Positions 44,494-55,042 of a DNA stretch of 60,713 bases are shown in pieces. How positions within the stretch are numbered: the stretch's first letter is position 1; each line of letters starts with the position of its first letter. The position numbers and the translations under genes are program-made. A model generated the notes under the pieces. That model saw only the letters and a list, made by a program, of their open reading frames with translations. It searched no databases and was not told the DNA's origin. This DNA is from Patescibacteria group bacterium (GTDB lineage: Bacteria; Patescibacteriota; Patescibacteriia; Buchananbacterales; UBA6539), in assembly GCA_041649675.1 (NCBI GenBank), contig JBAZMQ010000009.1, positions 1 through 60,713 of the forward strand. The letters are read 5' to 3'.

Positions 44494-45143
44494 ACAATTC
44501 TAAACGAATTAGATAATTTTTGGCCTTTTTGTAATGAATAGTCTGTATATTCAATGACCACTGGTACTTCAATATACTTTAAATCATATTTTCTAATTTG
44601 TTCAATAATTTCCGAGGCATGAGCCATACCATCCTGCTTAATTTCAATTAATTCGGCCGCTTGGCGGCTAAAGGCGCGAAAACCATTATGGGTATCAGTT
44701 ACCTTTAAGCCAGTATACAATTGAGTAAATAAAGTTGCCAATTTCAAAATTACTTTTCTGACAAACGGCATTTTTGCCTTTTGGCCCAAAAACCGCGAGC
44801 CTAAAACCACTTGGACTTGGCCCAGCAACAATGGCTGAATCATTTTATCAATATCACTGGCTTGATGCTGGCCATCGGCATCAAAAGTAAGAATAATATC
44901 AGCCCCCTTGGCCAAGGCAAAATTAATGCCAGTTTGCAAAGCTGCTCCCTGGCCTCGGTTAATAAAATGGTTTAAAACAATTGCTCCACCTTGACTGGCA
45001 ATCTCGCCCGTGGCATCATTTGAGCCGTCGTTAACTACTATAATTTTTGTAACTTTGTCTTTAATTTCATTAATTACTTGCCCAATTTTTTTGGCTTCAT
45101 TGTAGGCAGGGATTACGGTGCTAATAATCATAAATAAATCCAA
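44460..45143 (-). CDS. Glycosyltransferase family 2 (polyprenol-phosphate sugar synthase-like)
   Basis: STVIPAYNEAKKI...VVNDGSNDAT...FDADGQH. Confidence 0.8.
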   Translation of the reverse strand: MDLFMIISTVIPAYNEAKKIGQVINEIKDKVTKIIVVNDGSNDATGEIASQGGAIVLNHFINRGQGAALQTGINFALAKGADIILTFDADGQHQASDIDKMIQPLLLGQVQVVLGSRFLGQKAKMPFVRKVILKLATLFTQLYTGLKVTDTHNGFRAFSRQAAELIEIKQDGMAHASEIIEQIRKYDLKYIEVPVVIEYTDYSLQKGQKLSNSFRIVWDLILGKISR

Positions 45144-45151
45144 TCTCGAAA

Positions 45152-46180
45152 TTAAGTTTTTATTTTGCTAGTCGGCCTTAAGGTATATTTATGAGCCCGA
45201 AAATAATCAATTGCCCCTTTAATCCCCTCGTCCATTAATACCACCGGAAACCAACTTAACCGAGTTCTGGCTAAGCTAATATCGGGCAACCCTAACGGCG
45301 TCATAAACAATAACGGTTTTTCAAAAACAATTTTTGATTTTGAACCAGTCAGCTCAATGACTTTTTTGGCAACATCAACGATTTTAACATCAATATCGCT
45401 ACCAAAATTAATCGGGCCTGTCTCGCCGCTTTTCATCATTTTTATTAAAGCCTGAACCATGTCGGAAACATGGCAAAAAGATGAAGAAAAACTGTCATCA
45501 CCGTAAATAATCAAATCTTTATTTTCCAAGGCATTATAAACAAAATCTGGCAGCATCTGGCCGGTATTTAATTTCATCCTTGGGCCATAAGTCCGAAAAA
45601 TTCTAGCAATCTTAACGTCCAAATTATTTACCTGGCCATAAGTATAAGTTAAAGTTTCGGCAAACCTTTTGCCTTCGTCGTAACAAGCCCGCGGGCTTAT
45701 CTGATCAACAAAACCCTTATGATCTTCTTTAAAATAAGGATTTTGCATGTCTCGCGCGCCATAAACAACTGATGAAGAGGCTAGCAGAAATTTTGATTTA
45801 TACTTGACGGCTAAATCCAAAATATTTCTTACCCCAACAGAATTAGCTAAAACCGTGTCAATTCTGGTTTTTTCAAAATCTTTAGGCGAAGTCGGACAAG
45901 CTAAATGATAAATCTCTTGAATCCCTTGAAATTTAATTTTAAATTTGTCCAGTTCTTTGAGAGCTTCCAAATTCAACGGTTCGTTGATATCATATTTAAT
46001 AAACTCAAAATCAGGATTTTGTAATAAATGATCAATATTTGCTTCTTCACCGGAAATAAAATTATCAACACAAATGACTTTGCTGGTCTTAACCAGTTCG
46101 TCACAAAGGTGAGAACCTAAAAATCCGGCGCCACCAGTAATTAAAATGTTTTTCTTCTCAAAAATTGGTTTAATTGGCAT
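45152..46180 (-). CDS. NAD-dependent epimerase/dehydratase, UDP-glucuronate decarboxylase-like
   Basis: ILITGGAGFLGSHLCDEL..VICVDNFISG and YDEGKR. Confidence 0.75.
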   Translation of the reverse strand: MPIKPIFEKKNILITGGAGFLGSHLCDELVKTSKVICVDNFISGEEANIDHLLQNPDFEFIKYDINEPLNLEALKELDKFKIKFQGIQEIYHLACPTSPKDFEKTRIDTVLANSVGVRNILDLAVKYKSKFLLASSSVVYGARDMQNPYFKEDHKGFVDQISPRACYDEGKRFAETLTYTYGQVNNLDVKIARIFRTYGPRMKLNTGQMLPDFVYNALENKDLIIYGDDSFSSSFCHVSDMVQALIKMMKSGETGPINFGSDIDVKIVDVAKKVIELTGSKSKIVFEKPLLFMTPLGLPDISLARTRLSWFPVVLMDEGIKGAIDYFRAHKYTLRPTSKIKT

Positions 46181-46264
46181 ATTTTGTAAAACTTAAAAGT
46201 TAAAGCTTAAAACCAAAAACTGCTAATATTATAGCTAAAATTGAATAATTAGGCAACTAATTGA

Positions 46265-46864
46265 TTACCTAAACTTAGCCAGCTTTTTAAAAAAATTAAG
46301 AGTATACAAATAATCTTTCTGGTACTGTTTTTTTATTTCCGGAAATTTAATCGCCTGCCATTTGGCCGCCAATTTACCTTCATCTAAAAACCATTTGATA
46401 ATAACGTCTAAATTATAGCCACGAATAGCCATTGGTGTAATAATTCGGTAAACACCAATTTGGCCAAAAGCATCAACCTTGTCAAAAGATTTCATGATAT
46501 CCCCTTCCAGACTACCATGGCCTTGGCTTTTTGACCGATGGCCACAAATTATTTTACTTACTGTCTTTATTTTATCTTTAGGAAAATTAATTTCAGCCAA
46601 AATTTTTTGAGCAATTTTTGCCGACCGGGAATCATGATTTTCAATTGGCAGCTGATTAAAGGCCGCAATATCATGAAGTAAGCAACTGGCAACCAAAATT
46701 TCTAAATCGGCACCAACTTTTTTGCCAAATTTTTCAGCGTTTTGCCAAACCCGGAAATGATGTTTGGGCCCATGACAAGGCAAAAATTTATCACTTTGTT
46801 GCCATAACTGGTTTATCTTTTTACCAATCTTTTTTTCCCAAAATTTGTAGTTGTTAGATTTCAT
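46265..46864 (-). CDS. HD-domain protein
   Basis: HGPKHHFRV...ASCLLHDIAAF. Confidence 0.7.
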   Translation of the reverse strand: MKSNNYKFWEKKIGKKINQLWQQSDKFLPCHGPKHHFRVWQNAEKFGKKVGADLEILVASCLLHDIAAFNQLPIENHDSRSAKIAQKILAEINFPKDKIKTVSKIICGHRSKSQGHGSLEGDIMKSFDKVDAFGQIGVYRIITPMAIRGYNLDVIIKWFLDEGKLAAKWQAIKFPEIKKQYQKDYLYTLNFFKKLAKFR

Positions 46865-46867
46865 AAT

Positions 46868-47299
46868 CTAAAAATTTTTTTTAAAAGTCCAGAGCCGATT
46901 AAAAATAAAATTCCAAAAAGTCACTACACCCGTAGCAAAAAGCCAAGACAACCGATAATCTAATAAAAAATGTTCAGTTAAACCATAAATTATTAAAGTA
47001 TTAATAGTCAAACCAGTTAGCATTACAATCGAAAACTTTCCCATTTGACCAAAAGCGTCCTTGCCCTTTAGCGAATTACGGAATGTCCAAAATTTATTAG
47101 CTGAAAAATTAAAAACCACGGAAATTAAAAATCCTAAAATCGCCGAGGTCAAATACCAAATCCCTAGCCATTCGGTAAAAGAATATAAAACCCCAAAATT
47201 AATCAAAGCGGCAATCCCGCCGACAACGCAAAATTTAATAAATTGTTTTAAAACCGGAAATTTAATTAAGTAATTGCGCATCCAAGCCTGTAAATCCAT
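46868..47299 (-). CDS. GtrA-like membrane protein
   Basis: FIKFCVVGGIAALINFGVLY...FNFSANKFWTFR. Confidence 0.8.
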   Translation of the reverse strand: MDLQAWMRNYLIKFPVLKQFIKFCVVGGIAALINFGVLYSFTEWLGIWYLTSAILGFLISVVFNFSANKFWTFRNSLKGKDAFGQMGKFSIVMLTGLTINTLIIYGLTEHFLLDYRLSWLFATGVVTFWNFIFNRLWTFKKNF

Positions 47300-47305
47300 A
47301 AATTA

Positions 47306-49573
47306 TTAATTATTGATACCAATGATGGCCGGCCGCACCCCGCCACGATAATCATTGTTATGGGCCGAGATCTCAAATTTAAGTCCGCCGTCTTTATTAA
47401 ACACTTTAATATTAGCTTTGCCGCCAACGACCGGGCCAGTGATAATTTCTGAAATTCCATCCTTATCAATGTCGCCGGCAAAAACATTAAGACCAGTCAA
47501 AAACTCCGGCGGATAAGCAAAAAATGAATTAACTTGGCTGCCTAAGTATGTAAAAATTCTAACAACAGGCGAAGACGTCTGTTCGCTGGTAACAAATATC
47601 TCTGGCTGGCCATCGCCGTGAATATCACCGCAGGCAACATTAACACCAATATCACTATTTTTGTTAAAGGCAAAAAACTTGGAAATTTCCACACCGCTGG
47701 GCCAAAAAACTTTAACCAAAGGCCCGATGCCATTGCCAACGCCATTACCGGTTATTACTTCATCTTTACCGTCACGATTAACATCACCTAAGGCCACTTT
47801 AACCCCACCGGTAAAACTTTTATCATAAGCTAAAAATTTATTAACTAGGTTGCCGCTGGCACCAAAAATTTTTACTTCCGGTAAGCTGCCCTTGCCCTTG
47901 GCCGTTACAATTTCGGCTATATTATCGCCATTGACATCGCCGCAAGCAACATTAGCTCCGCCGCGAAAATTCTTTTCATAAGCAAAAAATTGAAAAAGCA
48001 AATGACCATTAATATCAAAAATTCTAATATGCGGCCCACCGCCAACTCCCGCGGCGGTAATTACCTCGTCAATATTATCGCCATTGACATCACAAGCAGC
48101 AACATTAATTGGCCCATTAAATTTTGGGTCATAAGCAAAGAATGCTTTAAATACTGTCCCGTCAGTTTTCAAAATTTTAATTTGCGGAAACGATTTTAAA
48201 CCTAAACCAGCCAATAAATAATAGTTGACGGTTTTATTACTTTTTGACACTTTCTGGGCCAAGGCTGCCTCCAAGGCTTTGCTGGCATCAAGCAAACCAT
48301 GGCCAAGCTTACCTTGGTATTCAGTATTGTAACTATAAATATTTTTGGTGTTATTGAGAACAAAATTTCTTATCTCGTCAGCGGAAAAATTTGGGCGCAA
48401 GGCTTTGATCGCGGCTAAAGTTCCGCTGACTAACGGTGCGGATAAAGAAGTACCAGACCAATAACCATCATAGTAATTGGTAAAACCATTAATAGTTTTA
48501 TTATACGGCTGAGTTGAAAAAAATTCTTCGCCCGGAGCCACTAAATCAATACAACCGCCGTAGTTAGAAAATTTTGATTTTCTTAGATCCTTGCCTACCG
48601 AAGCAACACCAATTACCATATTTTCACCACTAACCCCATCATAACAAACCGGATAAGATTTAGTTGTATTTAGATCAGTTCCGTTGACTGTCGGATCAGT
48701 ATTACCAGCAGCGGCTACCACCAAGATACCTTTGTCATAAGCCCGTTTGATTGAATCATATAAACTTTGACTAAAACCAGTACCCACAAAACTCATATTG
48801 ATTACATCAACTCCGTTAGCTACCGCATAATCAATTGCCAAGACTACCGAGTAAACATCACCCGTACCAGTACTGTCCAAAACTCGCAAAGGCATTATTT
48901 GGGAAAACCAACTGGCCCCGGCTATCCCCTCGTTATTATTAACACTGGCCGCAGCAATACCAGAAACAATCGTGCCGTGTTTAACAGCGTTAATATCATA
49001 ATTACCTTCAAAAGAAGGAGTAATGTTATTGTTGCCGTCAACAAAATTCCAGCCATGCAAATCATTAATGTAACCATTCTTATCGTTATCCAAACCATCG
49101 TTAGCTATCTCCTTTTTATTAGTCCAAATTTTATCTTTCAAATCAGGATTATTTGTATCAAAACCAGTATCCAGAATTGCTATCACCGAATGTTGATTAA
49201 TAATATTTTCCTGTTGTCTGACTAACAAATCAGCTGACCAAAAATCTTTGATATTAATTTGGTTAAGATACCACTGCAAAAGAAAATCAGGATCATTGGG
49301 AAAAGCAGTCATTTTCAACTTGTAGTTATACTCAACATATTCAACTGCGTCGTTCCTGCGATATTCAGCAATTACCTTTTCTAAATTAACCAAATTAGCA
49401 AATTCAAATTTTAAAACCTCATCGCTGCCTTTTAATTTAACCAGCAAGGTTGTTGGCTGAGAATTAGCATCGCTGATTTTTGCTACCGCCTTAGCAAAAC
49501 TAAAATTAGGCAAAAATAAAAAATTCCCTGCCAAAATAAAAAAGATTACGATAAAATTAATTACTTTTTTCAT
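47306..49573 (-). CDS. Secreted S8 subtilisin-like protease fused to FG-GAP/VCBS-type repeats
   Basis: Signal peptide; catalytic D (AILDTGFD), H (HGTIVSG) and S (GTSLSAP). The C-terminus carries about 6 repeats of GDVNGDNIxEVIT..G....V.IF. Confidence 0.85.
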   Translation of the reverse strand: MKKVINFIVIFFILAGNFLFLPNFSFAKAVAKISDANSQPTTLLVKLKGSDEVLKFEFANLVNLEKVIAEYRRNDAVEYVEYNYKLKMTAFPNDPDFLLQWYLNQINIKDFWSADLLVRQQENIINQHSVIAILDTGFDTNNPDLKDKIWTNKKEIANDGLDNDKNGYINDLHGWNFVDGNNNITPSFEGNYDINAVKHGTIVSGIAAASVNNNEGIAGASWFSQIMPLRVLDSTGTGDVYSVVLAIDYAVANGVDVINMSFVGTGFSQSLYDSIKRAYDKGILVVAAAGNTDPTVNGTDLNTTKSYPVCYDGVSGENMVIGVASVGKDLRKSKFSNYGGCIDLVAPGEEFFSTQPYNKTINGFTNYYDGYWSGTSLSAPLVSGTLAAIKALRPNFSADEIRNFVLNNTKNIYSYNTEYQGKLGHGLLDASKALEAALAQKVSKSNKTVNYYLLAGLGLKSFPQIKILKTDGTVFKAFFAYDPKFNGPINVAACDVNGDNIDEVITAAGVGGGPHIRIFDINGHLLFQFFAYEKNFRGGANVACGDVNGDNIAEIVTAKGKGSLPEVKIFGASGNLVNKFLAYDKSFTGGVKVALGDVNRDGKDEVITGNGVGNGIGPLVKVFWPSGVEISKFFAFNKNSDIGVNVACGDIHGDGQPEIFVTSEQTSSPVVRIFTYLGSQVNSFFAYPPEFLTGLNVFAGDIDKDGISEIITGPVVGGKANIKVFNKDGGLKFEISAHNNDYRGGVRPAIIGINN

Positions 49574-49606
49574 TCGTCAAACAACTTAAAACTTGTCTAA
49601 GCTAAA

Positions 49607-52048
49607 TTATTGTTCTTTAAATTTTCCATTGTCCAAATCCTGTAAAAATTGTTTTATATCAGCTTCATACGCCGGATTAACCTGTAAGGCTTTACCTGCC
49701 CACTCCCTTGCTGACTGATTATCACCTAACCTAGCAAAACTGCCAGCAACTTGCGCATAATAAGAAACATTACCAGGTACTAATTCAGTTAGTTTAATGA
49801 AAGATTCAGCCATCTTGGCATAATCTTTCTTTGCATTATAGACATTAGCCAAACGCAAATAATCCTTTTCGGTTAAATTAATTCCCCGCTGAGTTAAATA
49901 ATTGAATTCTTCTTGAGCCAAATCGGGTTGATCACCAACGATATAAAGCACTGCTAAGTCAATATGCGACTGAGTCACCCAAGGTGCCAAATCTACACCA
50001 TATTTAAAAATGGCAAAAGCCTGATCAATTTTTTTCTGGTAAAACAAGGCATGAGCTTTAACAAAATACAACTGCGGCCGGGTTGGACTCAATGGGATTG
50101 CCTTATCAATTAGCTCAATTGACTTTTGCGGCCACTGACTAGTTTCAACATGCCGTCCATTAAAATATTGCAAAGCATCATTGTAAAAATTAGCTAAATA
50201 TAAATAATTTTTAACATTCAACGGATCCATCTCGATGTTAGTTTCAAATTCTTTGATTGTTCTTTGCGCAACCTGGAAGGCAAAATCAGAAGAAACATTT
50301 TTATCAGCGGCTAAATTTAAACTAAAGCCCATCAGCTGCTGAGTTGTCTCAAATCGACCCAAATAGCCATAAGACATTGATTTTTCCAAATATTCTAAAG
50401 ATTGTTGTTTGGATAAATTAAAATGATCGCCCAACGCTCCTTTAACTAAATCCATATTAGCGATTGCCACTCGGACATTAAAAATCCAAACCACCAACAA
50501 CAAAATTGCAACTACAGTAAACCCAGAAAAAATTCCAATGTTAATGCTCTTTTGCGGCCAAAATGAAAACTTAGGTAAAAATTCATTGGCATAGGCGTAA
50601 CTAGCAAAAGCCAGACATAAAAAAATCAAAATATAAGTATTCAATGTATCAAAAACAAATAAATCTTGAATAAAATAACAGATGAATAAAGCCGAAAAAA
50701 CCAAAAATAAATCTCGATTAGCCTCTTGATTTTTTTGATAGACTTTAAAGAGATAAACAATTGCCGTCCCTAAAATAATTAAGAAAGCAGCCAAACCAAA
50801 AATGCCAGAAGTAGTCCATAAGTCAAAAACTATATTGTGGGCCCGATCAAACCAGACTTGAGAACCACCATCTCTAAAAATTTTGTTATTAAAATACTTA
50901 TCAAACAAAAGATGAAAATTTTCCAAACCATAGCCAAAAACAAAACGAAACGGACTGGCCGTTATTGCCTGCCAACTGGATTGCCAAGTTAATAAGCGAG
51001 ACTCAACGGTAATATTGGTGTAAGAAGTAGTAATAATATTCTGTAAGGTTGGATTACTTTTTATCAGTTCCGTATTGCGACCAAGGAAAACCACTAAAAC
51101 TGAGCTTAAAACCACAATTAGAATTCCACCGGCAATAATTTTTTCAATCTTTTTTCCTTTGAGCAGCAGAAAAACTAAAAATAAAAATGTACTGACAACG
51201 ATCCCGAGCAAAGCACCGCGAGTACCACTGTTAAACAAGTCAAAAAAGTTCAGGGTCAAAAATAGGGCCAAAAATCCAAAAATAATTTTTTCATTTTTAT
51301 GATAAAGCCAAAGTAAAACCATTAAGGCATTACTGACTAAAAAGAAAACCAAAAAATTCCAATCCGAAAATATGCCAAAAAAAGCTTGGGTCCCCTTGAG
51401 CAAAGTGCTAATAATAAAAATTGCTTCCAACGAGAAAAAACTGGCTAAAAATGGAGTGATTTGAAAACGCTTTGGTTTAAACAAAAAGAAAATTAGAAAA
51501 AAGAAATGAAAAATAAGATAAGAAGCAAAAAATGCAGCATTACCAATGGTGCCAGCCAGCCTGACATTATCCGTTTGAACCAAAAAAGAAAAATTAAGTT
51601 TTTGACCCAAAGCGAATAAACTCATGATAAAGCTGGAACCCAAAGAAAAAGAAAATAGTTCATACCAGTCTTTATCTTCTTTAAGCATTGAAGTTAGAAT
51701 AATAAAGTACAACAAAAAATGAAATTGGTTTAGCAATCCGTCCATCCGTTCATAATTTCCCCAAAAACTCCGAGGGAAATACAAACCGGTTAGAGAAGTA
51801 ATAGTTAAAATAGCAAAATAAGCCAAAACCATCAGATTCAAAAAATTAACCTTGGGTCGGTATTGCGGATATTTCAAAGCTAAAACAATATATATGGCAA
51901 AAGCGATTTCAACAATTATTCTAAAAATCAAATTTTTAGGAACAATGAAAGGAAAAAAGAAACTGGAAATAAAAATTAGGGGCAGAGCAAAAACTGTAAA
52001 TAATTCTAGCTTGATTGCCCACTTCCCGATTTTTTCAAATAAAGCCAT
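49607..52048 (-). CDS. O-antigen ligase/polymerase-like polytopic membrane protein with C-terminal TPR repeats
   Basis: 813 aa. NSGTRGALLGIVVS is a Wzy_C-like loop. The C-terminal third is TPR-like. Confidence 0.7.
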   Translation of the reverse strand: MALFEKIGKWAIKLELFTVFALPLIFISSFFFPFIVPKNLIFRIIVEIAFAIYIVLALKYPQYRPKVNFLNLMVLAYFAILTITSLTGLYFPRSFWGNYERMDGLLNQFHFLLYFIILTSMLKEDKDWYELFSFSLGSSFIMSLFALGQKLNFSFLVQTDNVRLAGTIGNAAFFASYLIFHFFFLIFFLFKPKRFQITPFLASFFSLEAIFIISTLLKGTQAFFGIFSDWNFLVFFLVSNALMVLLWLYHKNEKIIFGFLALFLTLNFFDLFNSGTRGALLGIVVSTFLFLVFLLLKGKKIEKIIAGGILIVVLSSVLVVFLGRNTELIKSNPTLQNIITTSYTNITVESRLLTWQSSWQAITASPFRFVFGYGLENFHLLFDKYFNNKIFRDGGSQVWFDRAHNIVFDLWTTSGIFGLAAFLIILGTAIVYLFKVYQKNQEANRDLFLVFSALFICYFIQDLFVFDTLNTYILIFLCLAFASYAYANEFLPKFSFWPQKSINIGIFSGFTVVAILLLVVWIFNVRVAIANMDLVKGALGDHFNLSKQQSLEYLEKSMSYGYLGRFETTQQLMGFSLNLAADKNVSSDFAFQVAQRTIKEFETNIEMDPLNVKNYLYLANFYNDALQYFNGRHVETSQWPQKSIELIDKAIPLSPTRPQLYFVKAHALFYQKKIDQAFAIFKYGVDLAPWVTQSHIDLAVLYIVGDQPDLAQEEFNYLTQRGINLTEKDYLRLANVYNAKKDYAKMAESFIKLTELVPGNVSYYAQVAGSFARLGDNQSAREWAGKALQVNPAYEADIKQFLQDLDNGKFKEQ

Positions 52049-52124
52049 AAAAAATAACTAAAATAATAAGGTTTTTTTAATAAAACTAAATTAACTTTAC
52101 CAAAAATAAAAGAAAAACGCAAAG

Positions 52125-52154
52125 TTGACAAAAACCCATAAAATAAGGTATTAT
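52125..52154 (+). promoter_or_regulatory. Candidate promoter of the neuC-led cluster
   Basis: TTGACA (52125-52130), 18-nt spacer, TATTAT (52149-52154). Confidence 0.4.
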
Positions 52155-52217
52155 TTAAAAAGTCAATTCAAAAAATAAAAGTTAAGAAATAAGAGAAAAA
52201 ATCTAATTTTCTATATT

Positions 52218-53372
52218 ATGGAAGCAAAAAAACGAAGAATTTGTTTTGTTATTACCTCAAAAATTCATTATGGCCGCAGTAAAATAATCCTTGAGGAACT
52301 AAAAAAGCGTGATGATGTTGAGTTAAAAATTATCGTTGGTGCCTCCGCCATTCTCCCTAACTATGGCGACGTCATAACTTTAATGAATGAAGATGGTTTT
52401 GTCTGTGACGAAAAAATTACTATGACGCTGGAAGGCGGTAACCCAGTAGCCATGGCAAAGACTGCCGGTATTGGGGTTATTGAATTTACAACTGTTTTTG
52501 ATAATTTAAAACCAGACATAGTTTTGCTAAGAGGCGATCGCTATGAAGTTTTGTCTGCCGCCATTGCCGCGGCTTATCTCAATATTCCAATTGCTCATAT
52601 TGAAGGTGGCGATGTCACGGGCACAATTGATGAAAGTGTTAGGCATGCAATCACTAAACTAGCCCATATCCATTTCACAACGAACGAAAAAGCCAAACAG
52701 CGCGTTCTAAAAATGGGTGAAGATCCTGATTATGTTTTTGACTTTGGCTCTCCCGACTTGGAATTTGTCGCCAGAAATTCTTATTCAATATCAAATGACT
52801 TAATAAACAAATTGGGCGTTGGCGATATCGTTGATATTAATAAGCCTTATCTAATTTTAATGCAACATCCGGTAACCAGTGAAATTGACCAAAACCGAAA
52901 AAATATTGATACCACGCTAGAAACACTAAAAGATTTAGGAATACCAACTATCTGTTTTTGGCCCAATGACGATGCCGGCACCAATGAAGTGGCCAAAGGG
53001 ATCAGAGTTTTTCGGGAAAATAAAAATCCCAAACACATGCGCTTTACCAAATATTTAGGGCCGGAAGAATTTATTGGTTTGCTAAAAAATACTGTTTGTT
53101 TGGTTGGTAATTCTTCGGCCGGAATCAAAGAATGCTCTTATTTAGGTGTGCCAGTAGTCAATATCGGTACCCGGCAAAACGGGCGGCTACAAGCAGAAAA
53201 TGTAACAAATGTAAATTACGACCAAGAAGAAATCAAAAATGCCATCTTGAATCAAATTAAACATGGTAAATACCCGTCTAGCTCAATTTATCATAAACCG
53301 GATACGGCTAAAAATATCACTGAAACTTTGGCAAAAATTAAATTATATTGGCAGAAAAAATTTAAAGACTAA
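52218..53372 (+). CDS. neuC: UDP-N-acetylglucosamine 2-epimerase (hydrolysing), NeuC-like
   Basis: LRGDRYE and HIEGGDVTGTIDESVRHAITKLAHIHF. Confidence 0.8.
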   Translation: MEAKKRRICFVITSKIHYGRSKIILEELKKRDDVELKIIVGASAILPNYGDVITLMNEDGFVCDEKITMTLEGGNPVAMAKTAGIGVIEFTTVFDNLKPDIVLLRGDRYEVLSAAIAAAYLNIPIAHIEGGDVTGTIDESVRHAITKLAHIHFTTNEKAKQRVLKMGEDPDYVFDFGSPDLEFVARNSYSISNDLINKLGVGDIVDINKPYLILMQHPVTSEIDQNRKNIDTTLETLKDLGIPTICFWPNDDAGTNEVAKGIRVFRENKNPKHMRFTKYLGPEEFIGLLKNTVCLVGNSSAGIKECSYLGVPVVNIGTRQNGRLQAENVTNVNYDQEEIKNAILNQIKHGKYPSSSIYHKPDTAKNITETLAKIKLYWQKKFKD

Positions 53373-53376
53373 CTTA

Positions 53377-54096
53377 ATGTACAAAAATAAAAAAATTTTA
53401 GGAATTATAACTGCTCGCGGTGAATCAAAAAATATCCCTAAAAAAAATATAAAAATTTTTGCCGGTAAACCTTTGATTGCCTACACTATTTTGGCGGCCA
53501 AAAAAAGCAAATATTTAACTGATTTTATAGTTTCAACTGACAGCCAAAAAATTTTCAATATCGCCAAAAAATACGGCGCACCCGTGCCTTTTTTAAGACC
53601 AAGAAAACTAGCCACTGATACCAGCACTTCAATTCAAGTTGTTAATCACACCTTAAATTTTTTAAAAACCAGCCAAAAAAAATCATACGATTACGTTATG
53701 ATCCTTCAGCCAACCTCTCCCCTGCGCACGGCTAAAGATATTGATCAATGTATCAAAAAAATAGTTGATACTAAAGCCGATTCCGTTATGAGCATGGTTG
53801 AACTAACTGATTTCTCTTTGCCAAAATTAAAAAGAATTCAAAAGAATGGCAATATTATACCGCTGTTAAAAAAGGAAGCTAAACAGCCTCGCCGTCGCCA
53901 AGCGGCGGAAAAAATTTATCGCCGCAACTGTGCGGTTTATCTGACTAAAACTCAATTTATTTTAAAAAACGATCTTTTTGGCAAAATTTCCAAAGCCTAC
54001 ATAATGCCCGGCCAAAGATCAATTGACATTAATAGCATCTTTGATTTTCAGCTAGCCGAATTTTTGTTCAAAAAAAATCACTATGGCAAAAATTAA
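53377..54096 (+). CDS. neuA: Acylneuraminate (CMP-sugar) cytidylyltransferase, NeuA-like
   Basis: ILGIITARGESKNIPKKNIKIFAGKPLIAYTI and LQPTSPLR. Start at the ATG at 53377. Confidence 0.8.
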   Translation: MYKNKKILGIITARGESKNIPKKNIKIFAGKPLIAYTILAAKKSKYLTDFIVSTDSQKIFNIAKKYGAPVPFLRPRKLATDTSTSIQVVNHTLNFLKTSQKKSYDYVMILQPTSPLRTAKDIDQCIKKIVDTKADSVMSMVELTDFSLPKLKRIQKNGNIIPLLKKEAKQPRRRQAAEKIYRRNCAVYLTKTQFILKNDLFGKISKAYIMPGQRSIDINSIFDFQLAEFLFKKNHYGKN

Positions 54097-55042
54097 AATT
54101 TTAAGCGCAATTCCTGACTTTGCGCCGAAAGGCAAAAAAATCCTGAGCTCATTAGGTCGGATTGATTACCTAAAATTAAACCAGCCACAACTGGAAAAAA
54201 TAATTGGCCAATACGAAATTTTGATAGTTGGTTTGGGACTCAATATTAATAATACCGTTATTAACCAGGGTAAAAAATTGAAATACATTGCCACGGTAAC
54301 AACCGGCTTGGATCATATTGATGTTAATTACGCTCAAAAAAAAGGAATAAAGATTATCAGTTTAAAGGGTGAAAAAAAATTTCTTAGAGAAATAACTGGC
54401 ACCGCCGAACTGGCTTTCGGCTTAATGATAAATTTAGCCCGAAATATTATCCCCGGCACTGAATCGTTAAAAAATTATCGCTGGGAAAGATATAAATTCA
54501 TCGGCCACAATTTATCCGGCCAAACTTTAGGAATCTTTGGTTTTGGCCGGTTAGGCAAATTAATGGCTCAATATGCCCAGGGTTTTAACATGAAAATCAT
54601 CGCTTACGATCCCTACCTAAAGACCAAAAAGAAAATCAAAGGGCTGAATTATCAACTGGTTAATTTCAAAAAATTAATTTCTAGCAGCGACATTATTTCT
54701 ATTCACGCCACGTTAACCAAAGAGACTGAAAATATTTTTAATCAAAAAGTTTTTAGTAAAATGAAAAAAAGCGCTTTACTGATTAATACCGCCAGAGGTA
54801 AAATCGTTAATGAAAAAGATTTGTTAATAGCATTAAAGCAGAAAAAAATATCCGGCTATGCCACTGACGTTTTGGCCGACGAATTACTGTTTGTAAAAAA
54901 AATAAAAAAGAACAGCCTAATTGAGTACGCTAAAAATAATAGCAATATGATTATTACTCCCCATGTTGGCGGTTTAACCTATGAATCCAGACTTGCCACT
55001 GATATTTTTATTGCCCAAAAGATTAAAACAATTTTAGAATGA
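54083..55042 (+). CDS. D-isomer-specific 2-hydroxyacid dehydrogenase family protein
   Basis: GIFGFGRLGKLMA, INTARGKIV and TPHVGG. Confidence 0.8.
   Translation: MAKIKILSAIPDFAPKGKKILSSLGRIDYLKLNQPQLEKIIGQYEILIVGLGLNINNTVINQGKKLKYIATVTTGLDHIDVNYAQKKGIKIISLKGEKKFLREITGTAELAFGLMINLARNIIPGTESLKNYRWERYKFIGHNLSGQTLGIFGFGRLGKLMAQYAQGFNMKIIAYDPYLKTKKKIKGLNYQLVNFKKLISSSDIISIHATLTKETENIFNQKVFSKMKKSALLINTARGKIVNEKDLLIALKQKKISGYATDVLADELLFVKKIKKNSLIEYAKNNSNMIITPHVGGLTYESRLATDIFIAQKIKTILE

Noticed and set aside
47266-49225. Antisense or overlapping ORFs within the S8 protease gene (47266-47487, 47542-47745, 47990-48199, 48767-49225), and similar ones inside other long genes
   Set aside because: They are fully embedded in well-supported CDSs and give repetitive or low-complexity translations with no start signals.
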